DNA from: Escherichia coli
GTDB taxonomy: Bacteria; Pseudomonadota; Gammaproteobacteria; Enterobacterales; Enterobacteriaceae
Assembly (NCBI RefSeq): GCF_003334815.1
Contig: NZ_QOWO01000024.1
Reading direction: 5' to 3' (one strand)
Length of the DNA stretch: 64,000 bases
Shown here: in pieces, positions 48,485-58,405 of the stretch
How the letters are laid out: each line of letters starts with the position of its first letter
How positions within the stretch are numbered: position 1 is the stretch's first letter
The notes under the pieces: generated by a model
The model's database searches: none
What the model was told of the DNA's origin: nothing
The model's input: only the letters and a program-made list of their open reading frames with translations
Translations under genes and position numbers: made by a program

Positions 48485-50134
48485 GTGAACTGGCGCAGAA
48501 TCGTCTGGCTATTGGCGTTGGTTACTCTGCCAACACTTGCGGAGGAGACGCCGTTACAACTGGTGCTGCGCGGTGCGCAGCACGATCAACTGTATCAGCT
48601 GTCGTCATCAGGCGTGACCAAAGTCTCAGCATTACCTGACTCGCTCACCACGCCGTTAGGGAGTTTGTGGAAACTGTATGTTTACGCCTGGCTGGAGGAT
48701 ACCCATCAACCGGAGCAGCCCTACCAGTGTCGCGGAAACTCCCCGGAAGAGGTTTATTGTTGTCAGGCTGGGGAGAGCATAACGCGCGATACCGCGCTGG
48801 TACGTTCCTGTGGGCTCTATTTTGCGCCGCAGCGGTTGCATATTGGCGCAGATGTGTGGGGGCAATACTGGCAACAGCGTCAGGCACCTGCGTGGTTAGC
48901 GTCTCTGACTACGCTGAAGCCAGAAACCTCGGTAACGGTTAAATCGCTGCTTGATTCATTAGCGACGTTACCCGCGCAAAACAAAGCTCAGGAAGTCTTA
49001 CTGGATGTGGTGCTGGACGAGGCGAAAATCGGTGTCGCATCCATGCTCGGTAGTCGGGTACGGGTGAAAACCTGGAGCTGGTTTGCCGATGATAAACAGG
49101 AAATCCGTCAGGGTGGTTTTGCTGGCTGGTTAACCGATGGTACACCGCTGTGGGTTACTGGCAGTGGCACCAGCAAAACGGTACTAACCCGTTATGCGAC
49201 GGTGCTTAATCGGGTTTTGCCAGTGCCGACGCAGGTTGCCAGTGGGCAATGTGTAGAGGTGGAGCTGTTTGCCCGCTATCCGCTGAAGAAAATCACAGCG
49301 GAAAAGAGTACGACGGCAGTAAATCCCGGCGTACTTAATGGGCGCTATCGTGTGACGTTTACTAATGGTAACCACATTACGTTTGTCAGCCACGGTGAGA
49401 CGACCTTACTGAGCGAAAAGGGCAAACTGAAATTGCAGTCGCATCTCGATCGTGAAGAGTACGTTGCCAGAGTTCTGGATCGCGAGGCGAAAAGTACGCC
49501 CCCTGAGGCAGCGAAAGCCATGACCGTGGCGATTCGCACTTTTTTACAGCAAAACGCCAATCGGGAAGGCGATTGCCTGACCATCCCCGACAGCAGCGCC
49601 ACGCAGCGTGTTTCTGCTTCGCCAGCGACCACGGGGGCGCGAACGATGACCGCCTGGACGCAGGATCTCATCTATGCAGGCGATCCGGTTCATTATCATG
49701 GCAGTCGCGCTACCGAAGGGACACTTTTCTGGCGGCAAGCCACGGCCCAGGCGGGGCAGGGAGAGCGTTACGATCAGATACTCGCGTTTGCTTATCCCGA
49801 CAACAGTCTTAGCCGCTGGGGAGCGCCACGCTCAACCTGCCAGTTATTACCCAAAGCGAAAGCCTGGCTGGCGAAAAAAATGCCGCAGTGGCGGCGTATA
49901 TTACAAGCTGAGACGGGGTACAACGAACCAGACGTGTTTGCGGTTTGCCGTTTAGTCTCAGGTTTCCCCTATACCGATCGGCAGCAGAAACGGCTGTTTA
50001 TTCGTAACTTCTTTACGCTTCAGGATCGGCTGGATTTAACCCATGAGTATCTGCACCTGGCCTTTGATGGTTATCCCACCGGGCTTGATGAGAACTATAT
50101 CGAAACGCTGACCCGACAATTATTAATGGACTAA
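48485..50134 (+). CDS. yfaQ: Uncharacterized secreted protein YfaQ (DUF2300-like)
   Basis: 549 aa; GTG start directly after the yfaS stop codon; signal peptide MNWRRIVWLLALVTLPTLA. Confidence 0.82.
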   Translation: MNWRRIVWLLALVTLPTLAEETPLQLVLRGAQHDQLYQLSSSGVTKVSALPDSLTTPLGSLWKLYVYAWLEDTHQPEQPYQCRGNSPEEVYCCQAGESITRDTALVRSCGLYFAPQRLHIGADVWGQYWQQRQAPAWLASLTTLKPETSVTVKSLLDSLATLPAQNKAQEVLLDVVLDEAKIGVASMLGSRVRVKTWSWFADDKQEIRQGGFAGWLTDGTPLWVTGSGTSKTVLTRYATVLNRVLPVPTQVASGQCVEVELFARYPLKKITAEKSTTAVNPGVLNGRYRVTFTNGNHITFVSHGETTLLSEKGKLKLQSHLDREEYVARVLDREAKSTPPEAAKAMTVAIRTFLQQNANREGDCLTIPDSSATQRVSASPATTGARTMTAWTQDLIYAGDPVHYHGSRATEGTLFWRQATAQAGQGERYDQILAFAYPDNSLSRWGAPRSTCQLLPKAKAWLAKKMPQWRRILQAETGYNEPDVFAVCRLVSGFPYTDRQQKRLFIRNFFTLQDRLDLTHEYLHLAFDGYPTGLDENYIETLTRQLLMD

Positions 50135-50138
50135 TGCT

Positions 50139-50915
50139 ATGCGAAAGATTTTTCTTCCGTTGTTACTGGTGGCGCTTTCGCCTGTCGCTCACAGTGAAGG
50201 TGTGCAGGAAGTCGAGATTGATGCACCGCTCTCAGGCTGGCATCCGGCAGAGGGCGAAGATGCCAGTTTTTCACAATCGATCAATTACCCGGCGTCGTCC
50301 GTCAACATGGCAGATGATCAAAATATCTCAGCGCAGATCCGCGGCAAAATAAAGAATTATGCTGCGGCGGGTAAAGTTCAGCAGGGCCGGCTGGTGGTCA
50401 ACGGTGCCAGTATGCCGCAGAGAATTGAATCCGATGGTTCATTTGCACGCCCTTATATTTTCACTGAAGGCAGCAACAGCGTGCAGGTCATCAGCCCGGA
50501 TGGGCAAAGCCGACAAAAAATGCAGTTTTACTCAACGCCGGGTACAGGAACGATTCGTGCACGTTTACGGCTGGTTCTCTCGTGGGATACGGACAATACC
50601 GACCTCGACCTTCACGTTGTTACGCCCGATGGCGAACACGCCTGGTACGGTAACACCGTGCTGAAAAACAGTGGTGCACTGGATATGGATGTCACGACGG
50701 GGTACGGACCCGAGATTTTCGCCATGCCCGCGCCAATTCACGGGCGCTATCAGGTGTATATCAACTACTATGGTGGGCGCAGCGAAACGGAATTAACCAC
50801 CGCCCAACTGACGCTGATCACCGATGAAGGATCGGTCAATGAGAAACAGGAAACATTTATTGTACCGATGCGTAATGCTGGCGAGCTGACGCTGGTGAAA
50901 AGTTTTGACTGGTGA
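50139..50915 (+). CDS. yfaP: Uncharacterized secreted protein YfaP (DUF2135-like)
   Basis: 258 aa with signal peptide MRKIFLPLLLVALSPVAHS; 4 bp downstream of yfaQ. Confidence 0.82.
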   Translation: MRKIFLPLLLVALSPVAHSEGVQEVEIDAPLSGWHPAEGEDASFSQSINYPASSVNMADDQNISAQIRGKIKNYAAAGKVQQGRLVVNGASMPQRIESDGSFARPYIFTEGSNSVQVISPDGQSRQKMQFYSTPGTGTIRARLRLVLSWDTDNTDLDLHVVTPDGEHAWYGNTVLKNSGALDMDVTTGYGPEIFAMPAPIHGRYQVYINYYGGRSETELTTAQLTLITDEGSVNEKQETFIVPMRNAGELTLVKSFDW

Positions 50916-50988
50916 TTAATGGGGTTACCTTCGCCGTCGATGTTCAAGAAAACACCCGATAACTTTCGCTATCGGGTGTTTTTATTGA

Positions 50989-52173
50989 TTAATTCAACCG
51001 TTCAATCACCATCGCAATTCCCTGACCGCCGCCAATGCACAGTGTTGCCAGCCCCAGCGTTTTATCGCGTGCCTGCATGGCATGTAATAGTGTGACCAGA
51101 ATACGAGCACCACTGGCACCGATAGGATGCCCGAGCGCGATGGCCCCGCCGTTGACATTCACTTTCTCAGAATCAAAGCCCAGGTTTTTCCCAACGGCAA
51201 GGAACTGTGCAGCAAATGCTTCATTAGCCTCAATGAGATCAATATCCGCCAGTTGCAGCCCCGCCAGTTGTAACGCTTTTTGCGTGGCAGGTACTGGCCC
51301 CATACCCATCAATGCGGGGGGCACGCCACCGCTGGCATAACTTTTAATGCGAGCCAGGGGGGTAAGGCCTGCTGCCAGCGCCGCAGATTCTTCCATAATC
51401 ACCAGAGCGGCAGCACCGTCGTTAATACCAGACGCGTTCCCAGCGGTGACTGTTCCTGCTTTATCGAAGGCCGGGCGCAATGCACCTAACGCTTCAGCCG
51501 TTGAATTCGCTTTCGGGAATTCGTCTTGACTGAAGACGAAGGTTTTCTTTCGAGTGACAACATTTACCGGGACGATTTCGGCTGTAAAAGCACCGGACTC
51601 AATTGCGGCTGCCGCTTTACGCTGTGAATGTAGCGCCAGTTCATCCTGCATTTCACGGGTAATTCCGTACTCTTTAGCCACGTTTTCGGCGGTAATCCCC
51701 ATATGATAACCATGGGTGGCGCACATCAGGCCATCGCGCAGGATTACGTCATAAACCTGTCCGTCTCCAAGACGATAACCAGAGCGTGCTTTTGCATCGA
51801 GTAAGTAGGGGGCTAAACTCATATTTTCCATACCCCCCGCCACAATGCTCTGCGCCTGACCTGCCTGAATGGCCTGGGCGGCAAGCGCCACACTTTTAAG
51901 ACCCGAACCACATACTTTATTGACCGTGAATCCGCACACCGTTTCTGCCAGCCCGCTTTTTAACAGTGCCTGACGCGCCGGATTTTGCCCCAGCCCGGCT
52001 TGTAACACGTTACCCATAATCACTTCATCAACGTGTTGTGAATCGATTTTTGCACGTTCAATGGCGGCTTTAATTACTGTCGCCCCCAGGTCGATGGCGC
52101 TGGTGGAAGCGAGTGAACCGTTAAAACTACCGATAGCAGTACGTACCGCACTGACGATGACACAATTTTTCAT
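50989..52173 (-). CDS. atoB: Acetyl-CoA acetyltransferase (thiolase II)
   Basis: 394-aa thiolase with active-site Cys region [11 protein letters not shown] and C-terminal GGGQG. Confidence 0.95.
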   Translation of the reverse strand: MKNCVIVSAVRTAIGSFNGSLASTSAIDLGATVIKAAIERAKIDSQHVDEVIMGNVLQAGLGQNPARQALLKSGLAETVCGFTVNKVCGSGLKSVALAAQAIQAGQAQSIVAGGMENMSLAPYLLDAKARSGYRLGDGQVYDVILRDGLMCATHGYHMGITAENVAKEYGITREMQDELALHSQRKAAAAIESGAFTAEIVPVNVVTRKKTFVFSQDEFPKANSTAEALGALRPAFDKAGTVTAGNASGINDGAAALVIMEESAALAAGLTPLARIKSYASGGVPPALMGMGPVPATQKALQLAGLQLADIDLIEANEAFAAQFLAVGKNLGFDSEKVNVNGGAIALGHPIGASGARILVTLLHAMQARDKTLGLATLCIGGGQGIAMVIERLN

Positions 52174-52203
52174 TTTATATTCCTTCTGTTTGTAGGGGTG
52201 CCG

Positions 52204-53526
52204 TCAGAACAGCGTTAAACCAATGACGAAAATGACACCGGAGAAGAGCAGGGCAGTGATGCAGTAGCCCATGATGTCGCGGACACCGAGTCCGGCGATT
52301 GCCAGTGCTGGCAGCGCCCAGAATGGTTGTGCCATGTTCATCCATTGCTCGCCGTAGGCGATCGCCATTACCGATTTACCGAGATCAGCGCCCAGCGCCT
52401 GGGCTGCGGGTATCACGAAAGGTCCCTGAATAACCCAGTGACCGCCGCCAGACGGAACGGCGAAGTTAATCAGTGCAGAACTAAAAAAGGTCATTACCGG
52501 GAAGGTGTCTTTGTTCGCAACATTGATGAAGAATTCGGTAATGAGTCCGCCCAGACCGGAATGCTCCATCATCAGTTGGATCCCAGCGTAGAAGGGGAAT
52601 TGCACCAGAATACCGGCAGTACTGCGTGCTGCCGCGCTGATAGCACGCATATAAGCCATTGGCGTTTTATGTAGCAGCAGACCCGCAATCATAAACATCA
52701 GGTTGACGGTATTGATGGTGATGTTGAAGCCATGTTCGCTGAAGTACATCGCAAGGTAAGCGATACCGAGTGCGCCGATGATCAACGTCAGAATGCGGCT
52801 TTCTTCCAGTCGCTCGGATGGTGGGGCATCTTTCGGTAGCTGCTTTTGAAAATCAGCCTCTTCCATGAGTAGTTTTGGATCGATACTCACCACGTCAGAC
52901 GGTTTTGGCATCATCATGCGGGTGATAAATGGCATCACCACAATCAACGCCACAGTGATGAAAATGTTAAAACCACTGAACAGAGTATCGCCCACCGGGA
53001 TCAGCCCGGCGATATGCTCAACCGGGTTGCCCGGTGTTGCAGCCAACAGAGGCATTGATCCAGAGAAGCCGCCACCCCAGGTGAGAAAACCAATGTAGGC
53101 GCAGGCAATGAGCAACGGATAATCAGAACCGGGGACTCGCCGGGCGACTTCACGGGCAAACATTGCGCCGACAACCAAACCAAATCCCCAGTTGATGACA
53201 CAAGCGACTGAACCGAAGAAAGTGACCAGCATGACGCCCTGTACGGGCGTCTTTGCGGCGGAGGCGGCAGTACGCAGCAAACTTTTCACCGGAGCAGAGC
53301 TGGCAAGGGCATGACCGGTAACGATGATAAGCGCCATCTGCATACCAAACGCCAGCAAGTTCCAGAAACCGTCACCCCACATTTTCACCATGCTGATCGG
53401 CGTTTGTGGTGTTAACCAAAGCGCGATCACGAATGTTAGCAATGTCAGCAACATGGCAAAGATCAGTGGATCGGGAAGCCACCGGCTGACAAAACGCGTC
53501 ATAAAACGCGATATGCGACCAATCAT
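52204..53526 (-). CDS. atoE: Short-chain fatty acid transporter
   Basis: 440-aa polytopic membrane protein in ato operon position. Confidence 0.92.
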   Translation of the reverse strand: MIGRISRFMTRFVSRWLPDPLIFAMLLTLLTFVIALWLTPQTPISMVKMWGDGFWNLLAFGMQMALIIVTGHALASSAPVKSLLRTAASAAKTPVQGVMLVTFFGSVACVINWGFGLVVGAMFAREVARRVPGSDYPLLIACAYIGFLTWGGGFSGSMPLLAATPGNPVEHIAGLIPVGDTLFSGFNIFITVALIVVMPFITRMMMPKPSDVVSIDPKLLMEEADFQKQLPKDAPPSERLEESRILTLIIGALGIAYLAMYFSEHGFNITINTVNLMFMIAGLLLHKTPMAYMRAISAAARSTAGILVQFPFYAGIQLMMEHSGLGGLITEFFINVANKDTFPVMTFFSSALINFAVPSGGGHWVIQGPFVIPAAQALGADLGKSVMAIAYGEQWMNMAQPFWALPALAIAGLGVRDIMGYCITALLFSGVIFVIGLTLF

Positions 53527-54173
53527 AAATCACCCCGTTGCGTATTCAGATCGGCGGCGACTTCAAACCGAGCTTCTGTTTTGGCACGCACGGTGGCTAA
53601 ATCACACCCGTCGGCAATTTCGGTGAGCCACATTTTGCCGTCAATAAAACGAAAGACAGCCAGTTCAGTAACCAGCATATGCACCGCATGTTGCGCAGTG
53701 AGTGGCATGGTGCAGCGGCGCAAAATTTTTGCTGAACCATCTTTGGCGCAATGTTCCATGGCGATGATCACTTTGCGCGACCCGGTCACCAGATCCATCG
53801 CGCCACCCATACCGGGCACCATTTTCCCAGGCACTACCCAGTTCGCGAGGTTTGCTTCTTCGTCTACTTGCAAACCGCCGAGCACGCAGGCATCAATATG
53901 ACCGCCACGGATTAGCGCAAATGACATGGCGCTATCAAACATGGCTGCACCGGGTAAAACACCGCACGGTTGCCCGCCAGCGTTCACCAGATCTGGATGC
54001 GCTGTCGTGACCGGGCCTAAACCGAGGAAGCCGTTTTCCGATTGCAGAGTGATATGAATACCCTCCGGTAAATAATTGGCGACCATTGTGGGTAAACCGA
54101 TCCCTAAGTTAACGATGTCACCATCACGAAGCTCTTGCGCCACACGGCGCGCAATACGTTGTTTCGCATCCAT
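53523..54173 (-). CDS. atoA: Acetate CoA-transferase beta subunit
   Basis: 216 aa, 3-oxoacid CoA-transferase B subunit family; ATGA overlap with atoE. Confidence 0.93.
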   Translation of the reverse strand: MDAKQRIARRVAQELRDGDIVNLGIGLPTMVANYLPEGIHITLQSENGFLGLGPVTTAHPDLVNAGGQPCGVLPGAAMFDSAMSFALIRGGHIDACVLGGLQVDEEANLANWVVPGKMVPGMGGAMDLVTGSRKVIIAMEHCAKDGSAKILRRCTMPLTAQHAVHMLVTELAVFRFIDGKMWLTEIADGCDLATVRAKTEARFEVAADLNTQRGDL

Positions 54174-54835
54174 TATTTGCTCTCCTGTGAAACGATGATG
54201 TGGTCGATAACGGCACCAGGGGTGACAATATGGTCAGGTTGCAGCTCGCCGGTTTCGACCAGTTCATCTGGCTCTACCAGCGTGATATCAGCCGCAAGGG
54301 CTATCAGGGGGTTAAAGTTGCGGGCGCTAAGTTGATAGGTCAGGTTGCCAAGTGTGTCGCAACGATGAGCGCGAATTAGCGCCAGGTCGGCGCGCAGTGG
54401 GCGTTCGAGCAGCCAGGTTTTACCGTCGAGTGTCAGTGTCTGTTTGCCTTCCTCTACGACGGTGCCGACACCCGTTGGGGTGAGAAAACCACCAAGTCCA
54501 GCTCCACCACAGCGAATTTGCTCGATTAGCGTACCTTGCGGCACCAGAACGACGTCCATCTCACCAGATATCATGCGCCGACCTGTTTCCGGGTTGGTGC
54601 CGATATGTGAAGCAATCACTTTGCGGACTCGACCATTGACGATGAGCGGACCGATGCCGGTATCAACAAACGCGGTATCATTGGCTATCAATGTCAGGTC
54701 GCGAACACCAGATTCCAGTAATGCTTCAACCAGGCGGGATGGAGTGCCAATCCCCATAAATCCGCCCACCATGATGGTCATGCCGTCACGAAAGAAGCCG
54801 GTGGCGTCTTGTAATGTCATCAATTTTGTTTTCAT
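54173..54835 (-). CDS. atoD: Acetate CoA-transferase alpha subunit
   Basis: 220 aa, CoA-transferase A subunit family; 1-nt overlap with atoA. Confidence 0.93.
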   Translation of the reverse strand: MKTKLMTLQDATGFFRDGMTIMVGGFMGIGTPSRLVEALLESGVRDLTLIANDTAFVDTGIGPLIVNGRVRKVIASHIGTNPETGRRMISGEMDVVLVPQGTLIEQIRCGGAGLGGFLTPTGVGTVVEEGKQTLTLDGKTWLLERPLRADLALIRAHRCDTLGNLTYQLSARNFNPLIALAADITLVEPDELVETGELQPDHIVTPGAVIDHIIVSQESK

Positions 54836-54880
54836 TTTTTATCCCTCTTGCATACACCGTTGTGGGTACAGTCAGGCAAT

Positions 54881-54896
54881 AGCAAGGGGAGTGCCA
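54881..54896 (-). promoter_or_regulatory. Sigma-54 (-24/-12) promoter of atoDAEB
   Basis: Minus strand reads TGGCAC-tcccc-TTGCT (GG and GC elements 5 nt apart), about 45 bp upstream of the atoD ATG; matches the AtoC sigma-54 activator encoded nearby. Confidence 0.8.
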
Positions 54897-54978
54897 GAAT
54901 GAGATTATTGGATTTAGTTATTTAACTAATTGAATATGAAGGGATAAATTGGATGGGGATTTATAAGGAGAATGAGCG

Positions 54979-55019
54979 GCTATGCAGAAAATTGCGCACT
55001 GTGCAAATTTCTGCATAGC
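54979..55019. promoter_or_regulatory. AtoC enhancer: 20-bp inverted repeat upstream of the ato sigma-54 promoter
   Basis: GCTATGCAGAAAATTGCGCA-c-TGTGCAAATTTCTGCATAGC, a near-perfect palindrome about 100 bp upstream of the -24/-12 element. Confidence 0.75.
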
Positions 55020-55030
55020 AAGTTTTGGTG

Positions 55031-56416
55031 TTATACATCCGCCGGATCGATACCGTATTCCTGGAGTTTATACATCAATGCACGGCGACTGATGCCCAGC
55101 ATTAAAGCAGTGCGGGTTCGGTTTCCTTCTTGTTGTTCCAGCACTTCCATAATGATGCGTTTTTCGACGCGTTTAATTTCCTCTTTTAAATTACGCTCAC
55201 CGACAGGGGCTGTTTTTACCTCGCCAGCATTACAGACTGGCTGACGAATCTGTGGCGGAAGATCCTCAGAAAAAATGATCGGGCCTGAATTCATCACGAC
55301 GGCGCGTTCAATAACGTTGGAAAGCTCTCGAATATTTCCCGGCCATGACCAGGCGGTAAGCAGTGACATTGCCATCGGATCGATGTCGATAATATCGCGC
55401 TGATTCTCACTACTGAATTTTTGCAAAAAGTGATTAGCTAACAGGGAAATATCTTCCCGGCGATCGCGCAGAGGCGGCAGTATTAAATGAATAACGTTAA
55501 GGCGATAAAAGAGATCTTCACGGAAGGTGCCTTCTTTTACCATTGCCTGCAAGTCGCGGTTGGTGGCAGCAATGATGCGGATATCAACTTTTATGGTCTG
55601 ATGGCCGCCAATCCGTTCAAATTCCCGTTCCTGTAGAATGCGTAGTAATTTGGCTTGTAGTACCAGCGGCATTTCGCCAATTTCGTCGAGGAGCAGAGTA
55701 CCTTCGTTGGCTCGTTCAAATAATCCCTGACGCAAGGTTTGTGCACCAGTAAATGCACCTTTTTCATGACCAAACAGTTCACTTTCGAGCAACGATTCCG
55801 GCAGCGCCGCGCAGTTGACTTTAATGAACGGCCCCTTTGCCCGCCGCGAATTGTAGTGAATCGCTCTGGCAATCAACTCTTTCCCGGTGCCGCTTTCACC
55901 GCTAATCAAGACGCTGGCCTGAGAAAGGGCAATTTTGGCGGTGTCTTTGCAGATGTCCATCATCGCCGGGCTGTTGGTGAGAATGTGCCCCCATTGCCAG
56001 CTGGTGCTCAGTGCCTGGTGCAGATGACGGATCTCTTTTTTCATTGACTGGAGTTGTAAAGCGCGCTGAACGATTAAATTCAACTCATCGAGATCAAACG
56101 GTTTAATAACATAGTCGAAGGCTCCGCAGCGTAGCGCTTCGACGGCGGTTTCCACTTCCGCATAGGCCGTCATCAGAATAACGGGTGTCCGGGTCTCATG
56201 GCTGCGCATCTCCTTTAGTGCCTTGATGCCGTCCATCTCTGGCATGCGGATATCCATCAACACCACATCAGGGTGAATATCGGCAAACAGGTGTAATGCT
56301 GTGCGTCCGTTGTTCGCACAATGTGTTTCGAATCCTTGTAGTGCAAAAGCGGTGCTCAGCATACGGCGAACATTATCTTCATCATCCACAATAAGGATGC
56401 GATTAATAGCAGTCAT
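55031..56416 (-). CDS. atoC: Sigma-54-dependent response regulator AtoC
   Basis: 461 aa: receiver domain, AAA+ domain with GAFTGA motif (ESELFGHEKGAFTGA), C-terminal HTH. Confidence 0.95.
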   Translation of the reverse strand: MTAINRILIVDDEDNVRRMLSTAFALQGFETHCANNGRTALHLFADIHPDVVLMDIRMPEMDGIKALKEMRSHETRTPVILMTAYAEVETAVEALRCGAFDYVIKPFDLDELNLIVQRALQLQSMKKEIRHLHQALSTSWQWGHILTNSPAMMDICKDTAKIALSQASVLISGESGTGKELIARAIHYNSRRAKGPFIKVNCAALPESLLESELFGHEKGAFTGAQTLRQGLFERANEGTLLLDEIGEMPLVLQAKLLRILQEREFERIGGHQTIKVDIRIIAATNRDLQAMVKEGTFREDLFYRLNVIHLILPPLRDRREDISLLANHFLQKFSSENQRDIIDIDPMAMSLLTAWSWPGNIRELSNVIERAVVMNSGPIIFSEDLPPQIRQPVCNAGEVKTAPVGERNLKEEIKRVEKRIIMEVLEQQEGNRTRTALMLGISRRALMYKLQEYGIDPADV

Positions 56417-58239
56417 ACAGTCTGATTTCCCTGCGGGTTGATCGGTAAAATAAGCGTGAAGGTTGCGCCGTAGCCCGGCAAACTGGCGACGCGAATATCA
56501 CCCTGATGGGCATTAATGATGCGTTGACTTAACGCCAGACCAAGCCCGGTTCCTGAGGCTTTGGTGGTGAAAAAGGGATCGAAGATCTTTTTTTGCAGCG
56601 AGAGATCAATGCCACAGCCGTTGTCCTCTATCGAAATGGCCTGTTGTGAGTCGCTGTATTGCCAGGTTTGAATGCGAATTTTCCCTCGTGCGCTGATAGC
56701 CTGGACGGCATTGATCAGGATATTCAGTAGTACCTGTTTGAGCAGTTCACGATCGGCGTTAATCGGGCTTAATTCATTATCCAGTTCGCTTATGAAGTCG
56801 ACCCGCGCTTGTACGCCGGCGGTTTGTACCAGTACCAGAGTTTCTTCAACCAATGCATTGAGGCTGACTTGTTGCCATTGACTGTGGCGTGGACGTGAAA
56901 ATTCGAGCAATTGCTGAATAACTTTGTTAATTGAATCGATTTCTTTGAGTACTACGGACAGATATTCCTGATGTATTGGGTCACTGGTTTGTTGGCGCAA
57001 GATCTGTACATAACCACGAATAGCCGTTAACGGATTACGTACTTCATGCGCGACGCCAGCCATCAGCTCACCCAGTGTGGCGAGGCGTTCTGCTTGCGCC
57101 ATGCGGCGCTGGGTTTCTTTGCGGGCAGTTAAATCAGAGAAAATCACCAAAGCACCTATCATTTCACCGTGCGTGTTATGAATACGACTGGTAGTGACAC
57201 TGAGTTCAATGGTGCGGTCACGACCTGGAAAACTGATCTCCAGCGCCACATGTTCGGTGCCATGTTCCAGCGTATCCAGTACTGGACTGTAGAACTGAGT
57301 ATTGTCGAACAACATGGAGTAAGGCTGCCCTACCAGTTCATGGCGTTGATAGCCAGTGATAACTTCTGCTGCTGGGTTCATGGTGGTTACATCACCCTGG
57401 CGGTCAATGGCAATGACGCCATCGGCAGCGTTTTCAATAATCAGATCGTTAAGTGTCCGCGTTTCACGCAGTGCCTGGGCGAGGTTATTAACACTCTGAC
57501 TGATTTGCCCCATTTCACCGGGCAATTGTGGTAATCGAGTGGGAATATTTTGTGCCAGAGTCGAGAGGCCATCGGTGATGATATCAATATTGGCGCTCAG
57601 GCGACGGGAGAAAAGGACAATCAACAGCAGGCTTATCAGCAAACCAGCGGTGAGCACAATGATAATCCTCACATCCATTTTCCAGGCCTGGCGGCGAATA
57701 TCTTCGGTTAATTCATTGGCCCAGATATAGCCGAGGATTTCACCATTACGCTCAATGGGGAGCATTGAATTCAAAATATCGCCGCGCACCTGCCTGCCTG
57801 AATAAACTAAAGGGGTATTTGTACGCATCACTTCGCGACCAGGGTGATCTGCGGCAATGGTAACGCCGACATTATTCTGATATAGCGCTGAAGGCGCGTA
57901 GGTGATTATCGCATCCAGCATTTTGTTGTAATAACCAGCACCGATGCCAGGGAAGGCGTGAGTGATATTTTCGGTAATGGGGGCAAGTTCTGCATTTAAT
58001 GCGCGGATACGCTCCTCACGTGGTAAGTCGATGTAGAGATCATAGCGATCGCCTAGTGCCTGATTAAGCAGGTTGACCACGGCAGAAAGTTTTTTCTCTT
58101 TTTCAGATAAGACTGCTGAACGTCCTTCCGTTTCTACGATATAACCAATAGTAAGCGTTGGGACAATGACCATCAGGATTGCCATCAGGATCATTTGATT
58201 GCGTAAGCGGCGTGGATAAATCCACTTCATATAATGCAT
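56413..58239 (-). CDS. atoS: Sensor histidine kinase AtoS
   Basis: Start set at MHYMKWIYPRRL (608 aa); TM, PAS and HisKA (H-box AHEVRNPL) plus HATPase domains; ATGA overlap with atoC. Confidence 0.93.
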   Translation of the reverse strand: MHYMKWIYPRRLRNQMILMAILMVIVPTLTIGYIVETEGRSAVLSEKEKKLSAVVNLLNQALGDRYDLYIDLPREERIRALNAELAPITENITHAFPGIGAGYYNKMLDAIITYAPSALYQNNVGVTIAADHPGREVMRTNTPLVYSGRQVRGDILNSMLPIERNGEILGYIWANELTEDIRRQAWKMDVRIIIVLTAGLLISLLLIVLFSRRLSANIDIITDGLSTLAQNIPTRLPQLPGEMGQISQSVNNLAQALRETRTLNDLIIENAADGVIAIDRQGDVTTMNPAAEVITGYQRHELVGQPYSMLFDNTQFYSPVLDTLEHGTEHVALEISFPGRDRTIELSVTTSRIHNTHGEMIGALVIFSDLTARKETQRRMAQAERLATLGELMAGVAHEVRNPLTAIRGYVQILRQQTSDPIHQEYLSVVLKEIDSINKVIQQLLEFSRPRHSQWQQVSLNALVEETLVLVQTAGVQARVDFISELDNELSPINADRELLKQVLLNILINAVQAISARGKIRIQTWQYSDSQQAISIEDNGCGIDLSLQKKIFDPFFTTKASGTGLGLALSQRIINAHQGDIRVASLPGYGATFTLILPINPQGNQTV

Positions 58240-58405
58240 GCTGAAATCCACTAGTCTTGTCCGGTATATGACGATTATCAGAGGTTAAGGTGATGATTTC
58301 TCGGCGGTGTATCATATTCCAGAGAAGAGAGAACATTGCGGTAACACGCTTTTACCGCTACCTTAACCACACTCCATCGGTCACCTGAGGCGGAGCTTCG
58401 CCCCT

